Shown here: positions 47,447 through 55,990 of the stretch, one piece after another
Position numbering within the stretch: the stretch's first letter is position 1
How the letters are laid out: each line of letters starts with the position of its first letter
Source: Acidobacteriota bacterium
Lineage (GTDB): Bacteria > Acidobacteriota > UBA6911 > RPQK01 > JAPXNP01
Assembly: GCA_037388505.1 (NCBI GenBank)
Contig: JARRKC010000006.1
Span: 4,046 to 68,045 of the forward strand
Reading direction: 5' to 3'
DNA: 64,000 nt
Made by a program: the position numbers and the translations under genes
Notes under the pieces: generated by a model
Seen by the model: only the letters and a program-made list of their open reading frames with translations
The model's database searches: none
What the model was told of the DNA's origin: nothing

Positions 47447-49936
47447 TTACTGCCGACTACTCCGCACGCGATAGAGCACCGTATCTCCCTGTGTGAATAC
47501 TCGGTCCCAGAAGACGCCGGCGTCGGCCTCGAATTTGGCCAGGCCCTTTTCTCCGTAGACAGCTCGTTCCAGGTCGCCGACCATGATGAAGTCCACATCG
47601 TATCGTTCGAGCACCGGAAGAATGTCCTGGCTGCGCGTCGATGAGTAGAGTCTTCGGACGTCCGCTCGCCTCCTCCGTACCTCAGCCCGAAAGTCCCTCG
47701 CCTGGTGCTGCTGGATTTCGTGTCCAGGCCAACCCAGGATCGTGGGCAGGCCTGTGGCCGAGCTTACCCTTCCGCCCGGGCCATAGTCGTCAGTGACGGC
47801 TTCGGCCAGAGTCGGCGCTCCGCTGACCTTCTTCTGCAGCCAGTGAATCGCGGCAAGATCCGTCTTCATCCTCAGCGTCTTTCCCTGCCAGGGATAGCGG
47901 ACGTCTGCTAATGCGGCGAGCCCGTCGAGACCGAACCCGGAGGCCCCCTCGGTGCGGTCCAGCGCCCGAGCCCGAAAAGCCAGGACCGGGTACAATAAGG
48001 CCGCAGCCAGAACCACAGCCAAACCCACTTGCCATCCGTTTCCGATTCGCCGAGCAGCGTCTGCGCCCGTGTCGGAAGACAGCCGCACCAGACCTGCCGC
48101 GCACGACACGCTCCAGAGGCACCAGATCTCGAAGTAGAGCTTGAAGACGAGGTTCATCCTCCCGATGTCGCCGTTGAGCGCGAAGAACTCCGGGATCAGG
48201 GAAAGCAGACAGCCGACGACAAGCAATCCGGTGATTCTCCGCTCATCAATCGAGGGAGTTCTCACAAAGAGGACGAGCAGAGCCGCGGTCAACAGGGACA
48301 CCATCCAGACAGCGCCCGAGATCAGACCCATCTGTTCGAGCAGCGTCACCATGATCAGGACCAAGAGCCCGGTCCACACCCCTATGTACCTTGGGAGTTG
48401 ACGCCGCCCCGAACGACGGTCTCCGTCGGAAAGCCGGCTCCAAAGCCACCAAGCCATAGTGAGGACGAACAATCCGTGAATCCACAGAAAAGCCGCCAGT
48501 GACGTCCGGCTCCCCTCCCAGAGTCTCACCCCACCGATCGGTGATTCATAGACCAGAAGGTGCGGAGTGAGGACCACGACCGCAACCAGGAGCGACAATC
48601 CGGCTTCCATCCAGTTCCTCCGTGTCCATTCGAGACGGGGAAGAACGAAGACCGCACCGACGGTCAGCAAAACCGCCAGTGGTAGTTCCCACGGGTTGAT
48701 GAGAACCACGGTTCCCAGCACAGCCCCGGTGACCAACATCCTCGATGGCCCGTACGACCGATCACTCCGCCCTTGATCCCGACCCTTCCCCCCGACCAGC
48801 GTCAGGAGCAGAAAGAGAAGCGCCGGCAAGGCGATCAGATGTGGATGCAAATCCGCGAACAGCACGGAGAAGAGCGGGAACTCAGAGACAGGGGCCGCCT
48901 CGGAAGCAGGATGAGAGATGACTCGAGTTGCGCTCCAGTAGAGCGACGACTGGGAGTACGGCCACGCAGCCCCGCGGATGAGCCAGGCAAAGAAGCCCTG
49001 TGCGGTCTGCCAGAAGGGACCGATGAGAGGAACCGTCACGCCGCCCACCGTTTCTCCAAGCCTTCGGAAGCCGGAGACGATCAGCCTCGGCTCATAGAGG
49101 TTTCCAACACCCAGAAGAAGGACAGGGCCCCAGAGTGCCCGAACGAACGAGCGTTGCTGCACCTTTGGCCTGGTCTCCGGCTCGTCCTCGTTGGCCGTGG
49201 ACGTCAATGCTCCGACGACCAGCAGGGCCCCGACGGCTGCGAAGGCGCCGATCGTCGGAACGGCGAGATTGAAGCCGATGGAAACGGGGACACCGGTCAG
49301 CCGGATCAGAAGGGCGAAAGGAACATATCCGAAATAGTAATAGTTCAGGGCATAACCGGACAGCCATGGATCCGCCGGCGGAAAATGGGACGTCCGCACA
49401 ACGGCATTGAGGATGCCCAGTTCCATCGGCTTTTCCCCACCCGTCGACGCGCTGAGAAGATCCGGATTGAGACAGCGAGCCAGGAGCAGGAGACCGAATA
49501 CTCCCCAAAAGAGGAGTTCTCCACCTGCGATCCAGGTTCGATTCAATGCCGACAGACCGGTCTCGGAGCCGGAACCGTCGAGTGACAGAACCCAGGCCAG
49601 ACTGCTCAAGACAGCAAAGGCGATGAGCACGCCCCAGGGCCAGAATGCCACAACGCGTGTCGCGGCCAGAGCCCATCCTCCCCAGCTGACGAAGAAGAGT
49701 CCCGCCCAGCGCGCCAGGAACCAGCCCTGATCGGGCCATTCTCCGAACATTCGACGGAAGAGCGGGAAGGTGAACCAACCAAGGGCCACGACTGTCAGAC
49801 ACCACGCCAATGAAGAAAACAGTTCCCCGAACGCCGGAATCAGGCCCCAACCGGCTGTCCCGGAAAGGCCACTCGAAGCTCGAGCCAGAACAGTGGCGAG
49901 CAGCGCTGCTGCCGGAACGTACGGCCGACGTTTCAA
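47447..49936 (-). CDS. DUF2298 (YYY-type) polytopic membrane protein
   Basis: GGEKPME, FPPADPWLSG, NYYYFGY, SEFPLFS, DLHPH, RMNLVFKLY and TGLPTILGWPGHE. Confidence 0.9.
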   Translation of the reverse strand: MKRRPYVPAAALLATVLARASSGLSGTAGWGLIPAFGELFSSLAWCLTVVALGWFTFPLFRRMFGEWPDQGWFLARWAGLFFVSWGGWALAATRVVAFWPWGVLIAFAVLSSLAWVLSLDGSGSETGLSALNRTWIAGGELLFWGVFGLLLLARCLNPDLLSASTGGEKPMELGILNAVVRTSHFPPADPWLSGYALNYYYFGYVPFALLIRLTGVPVSIGFNLAVPTIGAFAAVGALLVVGALTSTANEDEPETRPKVQQRSFVRALWGPVLLLGVGNLYEPRLIVSGFRRLGETVGGVTVPLIGPFWQTAQGFFAWLIRGAAWPYSQSSLYWSATRVISHPASEAAPVSEFPLFSVLFADLHPHLIALPALLFLLLTLVGGKGRDQGRSDRSYGPSRMLVTGAVLGTVVLINPWELPLAVLLTVGAVFVLPRLEWTRRNWMEAGLSLLVAVVVLTPHLLVYESPIGGVRLWEGSRTSLAAFLWIHGLFVLTMAWWLWSRLSDGDRRSGRRQLPRYIGVWTGLLVLIMVTLLEQMGLISGAVWMVSLLTAALLVLFVRTPSIDERRITGLLVVGCLLSLIPEFFALNGDIGRMNLVFKLYFEIWCLWSVSCAAGLVRLSSDTGADAARRIGNGWQVGLAVVLAAALLYPVLAFRARALDRTEGASGFGLDGLAALADVRYPWQGKTLRMKTDLAAIHWLQKKVSGAPTLAEAVTDDYGPGGRVSSATGLPTILGWPGHEIQQHQARDFRAEVRRRRADVRRLYSSTRSQDILPVLERYDVDFIMVGDLERAVYGEKGLAKFEADAGVFWDRVFTQGDTVLYRVRSSRQ

Positions 49937-51993
49937 GGCCTTTTCCTTCCTGTACGATCCGGAGAGGAGCCTTCGGTTCCAGCAGTCCGCAACAGCAGGA
50001 GGACGGCTTGGGTCGGGGGGACCGAGAAACCCGGAAGGTCCCGGTAGTCACGTTCGTAGAACGCTCCCCAGAGGCCTCGCAAGAGGCTACGTCGAGGCAG
50101 CTGTGGCATCAACGAAGCCCATGTCAGGGCGTTGTAGCCTGCATCCGGCCAGCACAAATACGGATACTTCCGGACTTCGAACCGACCGTTCAGCATCTCC
50201 TGCTGTTGATCGGTCAGCGGAGCCTTTGCGAGGATGACACGGGCATCTGTCTCGAGCGCGTCGGACACTGATGTGGTCTGATCTACATCCGACCGATCCC
50301 GCAGATACCAGCGCAGTGGGTAAGCAGCATCGACACTGACGCGGATGACGGCGGCCGCGTCGAGCGACTCCAGCCGGACGAGCAATCCCCGCATCCCGGG
50401 ATCGGTGTGAGCAAACACGGCGGGTTCGATTGGGGACTCAGCGTGGACGAAATTCAACATCCAGCCGGTGCGCAGCCAGACGGCCGTTCCAACGATCAAG
50501 AATCCTGTCACCAGGACCCGGAGAGGCCACCGGCAGGATGACCAACCCTGGACGCCAACCAGGACCGCGGCTACGATGCCAATCGCTGTCCCCAGCCAGC
50601 CGGCGTTCACGGCCGTTCGATCGAGGACGCTCGAGATCTCGGCCCCCGTGTGCAAGAAGGAAACCCACGAAACGAACAGGAATGCCGGTACTGCCAGCAA
50701 ACCCGCATCTTCGACGGAGAATCGCCGAAGCGACTCGAACAAGCGTCGCAGGCCGTCTCCTCCCAACCAACAGACAGGAAGAACGACATGCACCGCAAGC
50801 CACGGCATCTTCTCTCCGGCCAGCGAATAGGCGATGAGCGAAGCACCGAGCCAGTACAGGCAGAACCACCAGAACCGCTCCTGCAGATCCGGCCCCTCGC
50901 TGACCTGACCGTCTCTGGGTTTCGTCCGATTGACTCTGGCGTGGAGGACCACGGATACCAAAGCCAGAAGGACCGGCACGAACTCGTAAAGACCGACCAG
51001 CATCAGATAGTAGAACCACGGCTGCCCCCCGCGTCCTACAGGTTGCTGCTCGAGCCAATAGCCGACGCTTCCGAAAAAGCCGCTCACCAGACCGGACGGG
51101 TTCTTCAGGAACGTCGAGAAATAGAGCGCCTCAATGCCCCAACCGAGGGCGGCGAGGCGAACCCAGAGCGAGAAGTCCAACAGGCTTCGTTCGGATCGGC
51201 GACGCGACCAGGTTGCGGCCAGACACACCGCAAGCACAGCGCACAGGGACACGCATCCGGCCGCTGCTTCGGGGGATGAGTGGATTCGATCGGCAAACGC
51301 ACTCAAGCCGGGTACGGTGAGCGCCAGCGGCGCGGCAAAGGGGAGGAAGAGCGTGATGTGAAGAATCGCCAACTCTGTTGCCGGAACCCGCGCGGACCCG
51401 GGCCGCCGGGCTGTCCAAGCCAGCCAGCAGGTCATAACGGCAGCGAAGATGAAAGCCACTTCCTTGGTGGTCACCGCCAGGCTCGAGACAATGACCAGCA
51501 CGTAGAGATCGGTCGGAGCGCTGCGTTCGAGATATCGAAAACACGCCCAGATCCAGAGCGTGCAGAGTACGGCGATATAGATGTCGTTTCGAAGATACCG
51601 GCTGTAGAAAAGCAGCAAGGGGCTGAAGGCCAGCAGGAAGGCCACAGTCAGGGCTCCAACGCGGCCGACCCAGCGTCGGAAGAGCAGCGGGAGCAACACG
51701 AGCCCAATTCCGGCCAAGGCCGGCACCAGTCGAGCCGTGTAGTCGGACGCGCCGATGAAGCGGAAGACCAGGGCATCCAGGTAGAAGAGGACCGGTCCGT
51801 GGCTGACGGGAGAATGAAAATACCCGCCGGTCTCAGCCAGCCTCCAGGAGAAGAAGGCATGGACGCCCTCATCGAAGCTCAGGAGACGGTCGCCGAGCCC
51901 TGCCAGGCGTACGGCTGCTGCTGTGGCGGCAAGGAGAACCCAGGTCGCTGTACCGCCTCGGGGAAGACCACGGGTCCGGATCCAATCCTTCAT
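49933..51993 (-). CDS. TIGR03663/Agl23-like GT-C-type membrane protein
   Basis: DEGVHA, HGP, ARLVPAL, YSRYLRND, TKE, YWLEQ, QPWFYY and EKMPWL. Confidence 0.87.
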   Translation of the reverse strand: MKDWIRTRGLPRGGTATWVLLAATAAAVRLAGLGDRLLSFDEGVHAFFSWRLAETGGYFHSPVSHGPVLFYLDALVFRFIGASDYTARLVPALAGIGLVLLPLLFRRWVGRVGALTVAFLLAFSPLLLFYSRYLRNDIYIAVLCTLWIWACFRYLERSAPTDLYVLVIVSSLAVTTKEVAFIFAAVMTCWLAWTARRPGSARVPATELAILHITLFLPFAAPLALTVPGLSAFADRIHSSPEAAAGCVSLCAVLAVCLAATWSRRRSERSLLDFSLWVRLAALGWGIEALYFSTFLKNPSGLVSGFFGSVGYWLEQQPVGRGGQPWFYYLMLVGLYEFVPVLLALVSVVLHARVNRTKPRDGQVSEGPDLQERFWWFCLYWLGASLIAYSLAGEKMPWLAVHVVLPVCWLGGDGLRRLFESLRRFSVEDAGLLAVPAFLFVSWVSFLHTGAEISSVLDRTAVNAGWLGTAIGIVAAVLVGVQGWSSCRWPLRVLVTGFLIVGTAVWLRTGWMLNFVHAESPIEPAVFAHTDPGMRGLLVRLESLDAAAVIRVSVDAAYPLRWYLRDRSDVDQTTSVSDALETDARVILAKAPLTDQQQEMLNGRFEVRKYPYLCWPDAGYNALTWASLMPQLPRRSLLRGLWGAFYERDYRDLPGFSVPPTQAVLLLLRTAGTEGSSPDRTGRKRP

Positions 51994-54485
51994 GGCGATC
52001 CTTCCTCCGGTCCGAGCGAACGGCGAGCACAGTCGTAGACCCGGCAGGGCCCGCTCCGGAAAAGGCATCGACAGCTCTCGTCGAAGATGGAAGACTCCTC
52101 GGGGAGCCCGAACAGTTTCCGCTCTCTCTCGCCGACGAAGACGAAACGAACGCCGAGTGCCCTCAGACTTCGTTCGAGCACCGTTGGAGTGCGCGCGGAA
52201 TAGGTCGTGTCCACGAGCGCAGCCCGCTCTTCGATCATCCGCTGTCGTTCTTCCCCGGAACGCCATTGCGACTCATGGTCGATCCAGCCCAGAGGAGTCG
52301 GGTGACCAGTCAGAACACTGACCCGGTTGGAGGCAGGGTCTTCCCGACGGCCCACCGATTCCAAGACCGCTGAGTGCGGCGGGAGATGAACGTCGATCCA
52401 GTGCAGCGTCGAATAGAGATCGGGGGCCTGGTCTCGGATCGACCTCAGTGCATCGAGGTCATGGACCTGCCAGCCGGATTGGCCGAGGCGGGAACTCGCA
52501 GCAGCCACTGGGTAGAGCAGGCTGCCGGCTGCAATCAGTAGAGCCGCCGTCCGCAGGTTTCGGAAGATACGTCCGTGCGGCCTCCAGCTGAGGCCGTAGG
52601 CCCCGGCCAACTCGATGAGGATCCAGGCCCCGTAGTGCAACTTGAAGACACTGTTGACTCGATTGCCGAAAGCGTCATGCAGGAACAGGAACTCCGGGAG
52701 AAGAAGCAGAGCGAGCCCCGCAAGAACGAGAATCAACACGAAGCCGAGGATCGGTCCGGTCGGGTCGTCTTCAACGACCGCTGCGCGAGCTCGGATTCTC
52801 GTCGAGCCGCCGCCAAGTGCGCGCAGCACGAGGTAGATGGAAGCCACAAGACCCAACGCAACGAACGGCTCTCTGCTCCAGCGGAGCAATGCTGTACTGT
52901 TCAGAGCCTGCGTCTCTCCACCCAGGCTGGATATCCAGTCGACGATCCGCTTACTGTGATGAGCCCAAAGGAGCGCTCCCCCCAGGTACACAGGAACGGC
53001 CGTCACAGCCAAGGCCAGCCAGCGACCCGGAATTCGCCGGCTCGAGGGCGGAAGCACCAAGAAGAAAAGCAGCGCAAGGCCCAACCATCCGGGCCCGACA
53101 GCTGCCACGAAATCCGCCGGGTACGTCGGAAAGAGAAGGTTGGGAAGCAGTCCGCGGACGTCGGCGTCGGAGGTAAGCAGATGGGGGGCAAAACAAAGGA
53201 ACGCCACGAGAGGGATGGCCACCAGATCGATCCCTAACGCCCGAAGTACCCGGGGAGAAACACTCCGATCAGGCGAGCCGCTGTCAATCGACCGAAGACC
53301 CGACCACAGCACGGACCCTCCGATCAGGAGCGTTCCTGCCACGATATCCCAACTGTTGATGGCCGCGAGCGCACCCAGCAGGAACCCCAGGACGACTCGG
53401 TCCCTAACCTTCAGTTCGCCGGCCGGCCGTCGGACGGTCTTGGATCCCGTGCGATCCGAGGCCAGAAAGACATTGAGCAGGACCAGGATCAGCAACACGA
53501 GTACAGGCGCGGATTGGAGGTGCGGATGATTGTCCCCCAAAATGAAGCTGAAGGCCGGAAACTCGGTGATCGCGGGCAGGGTCTGGCCCGAGAGACCGAT
53601 GTCTCGAATCGCTCGACTGCTCAACCACCACCAGTCGGAACGTGAACCGGCATACCGTACCAGATCGTAGATTGTACGGAAATTGCCGGCCAGGCAGACG
53701 AGCGCGACCGACAGTCCTCCTCCAACCACCCCCCGGCTCAGGAGCCAAGCCCCCTTGGAGGTCGATGAACCCTGGTAGGAAGATGTGTGGCTTCCGGCGG
53801 ACACCAGATTGTACCCAACTCCGAAACAAGCACAGCAGAGCAGCGCGAACAGCGACGCGAGCCCCAGGTTGTAAGTGAGAGTCGGAGAGATTCCTCCCAG
53901 CTTCCCGACGAAGACCTGCAGCCAGTAGCCAAAGTAGTAGTAGCTGACGGGAAGACCGGCCAGCCAGGCGTCCCGAGCAGGAAAGACCGGACTGTGGGCA
54001 ACGCTGTTCATGAACATCAGGTCGCTGGGTTGTTCGGTATGAGATGCAGTCGGCAGCATGGCCCGGAGAAACAGCAGAAAGGCAAACGCCAGCAGAAAGA
54101 CCACTTCGATGGTCACAACCAGACGGAGGTTGTGGAGGACCCAGCTCAATGGTGGATCTGCCGACTGCTGTCCGGATCTCTCCTGGGCGCCCAGGGTTCT
54201 CTTTCCGGTGTCAAGGAGGGTTGGCCCCCAGCCAAATGCCGCAACGGCCGCAAGGCAGAACCAGGCTGACGCGGGTCCGAATTGCCAAACGCCGTAGACC
54301 CATCCCGACCAACAGAGCCAACCCGACATGAGCAGTCCCGCCGACCGGGCCACGGAATACCCTCGATCCGGCAGATTCTTCGCATACCGGTAGAGGGTTG
54401 GCCAGACTGCCCACTGGCATGCGAGCAGGATCAGGTACCAGATGGCGACCTCCCCGATCGGAAAATCGGCGAGACCTCGACTCAA
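51990..54485 (-). CDS. DUF2298 (YYY-type) polytopic membrane protein, second paralog
   Basis: TEQPSD, FPARDAWLAG, SYYYFGY, TEFPAFS, GDNHPH, NSWD, RVNSVFKLHY and TPLGWIDHE. Confidence 0.88.
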   Translation of the reverse strand: MSRGLADFPIGEVAIWYLILLACQWAVWPTLYRYAKNLPDRGYSVARSAGLLMSGWLCWSGWVYGVWQFGPASAWFCLAAVAAFGWGPTLLDTGKRTLGAQERSGQQSADPPLSWVLHNLRLVVTIEVVFLLAFAFLLFLRAMLPTASHTEQPSDLMFMNSVAHSPVFPARDAWLAGLPVSYYYFGYWLQVFVGKLGGISPTLTYNLGLASLFALLCCACFGVGYNLVSAGSHTSSYQGSSTSKGAWLLSRGVVGGGLSVALVCLAGNFRTIYDLVRYAGSRSDWWWLSSRAIRDIGLSGQTLPAITEFPAFSFILGDNHPHLQSAPVLVLLILVLLNVFLASDRTGSKTVRRPAGELKVRDRVVLGFLLGALAAINSWDIVAGTLLIGGSVLWSGLRSIDSGSPDRSVSPRVLRALGIDLVAIPLVAFLCFAPHLLTSDADVRGLLPNLLFPTYPADFVAAVGPGWLGLALLFFLVLPPSSRRIPGRWLALAVTAVPVYLGGALLWAHHSKRIVDWISSLGGETQALNSTALLRWSREPFVALGLVASIYLVLRALGGGSTRIRARAAVVEDDPTGPILGFVLILVLAGLALLLLPEFLFLHDAFGNRVNSVFKLHYGAWILIELAGAYGLSWRPHGRIFRNLRTAALLIAAGSLLYPVAAASSRLGQSGWQVHDLDALRSIRDQAPDLYSTLHWIDVHLPPHSAVLESVGRREDPASNRVSVLTGHPTPLGWIDHESQWRSGEERQRMIEERAALVDTTYSARTPTVLERSLRALGVRFVFVGERERKLFGLPEESSIFDESCRCLFRSGPCRVYDCARRSLGPEEGSP

Positions 54486-55342
54486 GTCACACTCCTGCGG
54501 ATCGAAGACGACTCCCGTGCTCGAACCGGATCTGGAGGTTGATCTTCCTCGACGAGTCCCCGAACGAATTCAGCCGCCTCCTCGGGTTGTGACCACCACA
54601 GTCTCCAGGCCGAAGCCCCTTGCCAGAGCTCAGAGAGGCGTGAGAGATGAGAGGCCAGGAAGTCGGGATGGTTGGTCGAGCAGTTGGCCAGCCAGGCAAT
54701 CCCTTCCGCTCGTGACATTCTCCTGGAAGAACAGCGAATGCCGGGGACGAACTCCGGGAAGATCGCGTACCGGATCCGCGGACGGGAATCTTGCGGCGCC
54801 AAGAGGTTTCGGGGAGGTACGACGTACTGGATGCCCTTGCGAGAACTGCCGGCGATACGCCAGCCCGGCTTCCCGGCGACCAGACGCTCAGCCCCAAACC
54901 GAATTCGGAAGGGTTTCGGATAGGGAATGGCATGCCCGTCCAGATCAACGCCCACCGCTTCCTCCGACAGATAGGCGAATCCACCTGATGCTACGAGTGC
55001 AAGCGAAAGCGTGCTCTTTCCGCAATGACTCGGTCCTGCCAGCAGGACGACGGAATCGGTCCCCAGAGGAAGCAATGCCGCGCTGTGTAGAATCAGGCAG
55101 TCTCGTGCATCGGGGAGCAGCCGGTCATAGACGAAGGACTCGATGACGTCGAAGGCATCGAACGGCGAACCCACGGATTGCCGAAAATGATCAGGTCGTT
55201 GCAGGATCCAGCCCGTAGCTGAGGATTCGAGGAGGAACTCCGACGCGGTCTCCGCGTCGGTCTCGGGAAGGGTGCTCAGCAATTGATCGAGAATCCGCGC
55301 AGCGTCCGGACGGACGGCCCGGATTCGGACCGCCTTACTCAA
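54482..55342 (-). CDS. HPr kinase-related P-loop kinase
   Basis: LHSAAL, GPSHCGKST, YLSEE and PYPKP. Probable TTG start at 55342 overlapping the PqqD gene end (the ORF extends to 55528). Confidence 0.82.
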   Translation of the reverse strand: MSKAVRIRAVRPDAARILDQLLSTLPETDAETASEFLLESSATGWILQRPDHFRQSVGSPFDAFDVIESFVYDRLLPDARDCLILHSAALLPLGTDSVVLLAGPSHCGKSTLSLALVASGGFAYLSEEAVGVDLDGHAIPYPKPFRIRFGAERLVAGKPGWRIAGSSRKGIQYVVPPRNLLAPQDSRPRIRYAIFPEFVPGIRCSSRRMSRAEGIAWLANCSTNHPDFLASHLSRLSELWQGASAWRLWWSQPEEAAEFVRGLVEEDQPPDPVRARESSSIRRSVT

Positions 55343-55613
55343 GAAGGCCCTGGTCCAGCATCTCACCGAGGATTCTCGGGACTTCATGGTCACAATCGAA
55401 GGATCCCTCGGGAACGGCTTCCTTGAGCTCCTGCACGATCTCGCTGACCGAAGTCTTGCCGTCGCACAAATCGAACACGGCAGCAGCGGCAAGGTTGAGG
55501 ATGTGGACGCGGTCGGCGCCACAATCATAGAGAATCAACTGGTCGTCGACCACCTCCTCGACGACACCCTCAGGGACAGAGGGCATCCAAGCTTGCTCTT
55601 TACCGATCGCCAT
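55335..55613 (-). CDS. PqqD-family / RiPP recognition element (RRE) protein
   Basis: VDDQLILYD...VHILN.AAAAVFDLCDG..SVSEI...L..GLL, the typical PqqD pattern. Confidence 0.9.
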   Translation of the reverse strand: MAIGKEQAWMPSVPEGVVEEVVDDQLILYDCGADRVHILNLAAAAVFDLCDGKTSVSEIVQELKEAVPEGSFDCDHEVPRILGEMLDQGLLE

Positions 55614-55649
55614 ATCGCCGCGACGTTCGTAGCTCGAGGAACCGAATTG

Positions 55650-55823
55650 CTAGTCCGGAACAGGAGTCGGACCAGGCGTCGCTGTCGGAGTCGGTCCTCC
55701 GGACTGCGCCACCACTTTGCGGTCCGATAACGTCACCAGCAGGGGGGCGGAAAGGCCCACACCGATAGCGAGCCGCTTCACAAACCGCCGCCGATCTTTG
55801 CTCTCTCCGTCTTGATTCATCAT
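55650..55823 (-). CDS. putative RiPP-like precursor peptide (Tat-like leader, Thr/Pro-rich core)
   Basis: MMNQDGESKDRRRFVKRLAIGVGLSAPLLVTLSDRKVVA-QSGGPTPTATPGPTPVPD; ends 36 nt upstream of the RRE gene. Confidence 0.75.
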   Translation of the reverse strand: MMNQDGESKDRRRFVKRLAIGVGLSAPLLVTLSDRKVVAQSGGPTPTATPGPTPVPD

Positions 55824-55844
55824 AGGCTTCAGCTGCTGCAACAC

Positions 55845-55873
55845 TGTGTAGCATAGGTACTTCTGGGCGTCAA
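55845..55873 (-). promoter_or_regulatory. possible sigma70-type promoter for the precursor operon
   Basis: TTGACG-N17-TACACA with TG extension on the minus strand; weak -10. Confidence 0.3.
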
Positions 55874-55990
55874 TCCCAATTCGTCATTGCCATTCAAAAA
55901 GATGCAGGGATCATCGCGCCCTCGGAACTGCGTCGAAGACTCTGTTCGCTGCTTCTGGAAACGCAGGTATGTGGAAGCTAAACTGAGGCT

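Noticed and set aside
54482-55342. Canonical hprK of carbon catabolite control
   Set aside because: It lacks the N-terminal domain and PTS context; its neighbours are an RRE and a small peptide.
55335-55613. PQQ biosynthesis (pqqD)
   Set aside because: There are no pqqB/C/E genes, and the peptide lacks the ExxxY motif of PqqA.
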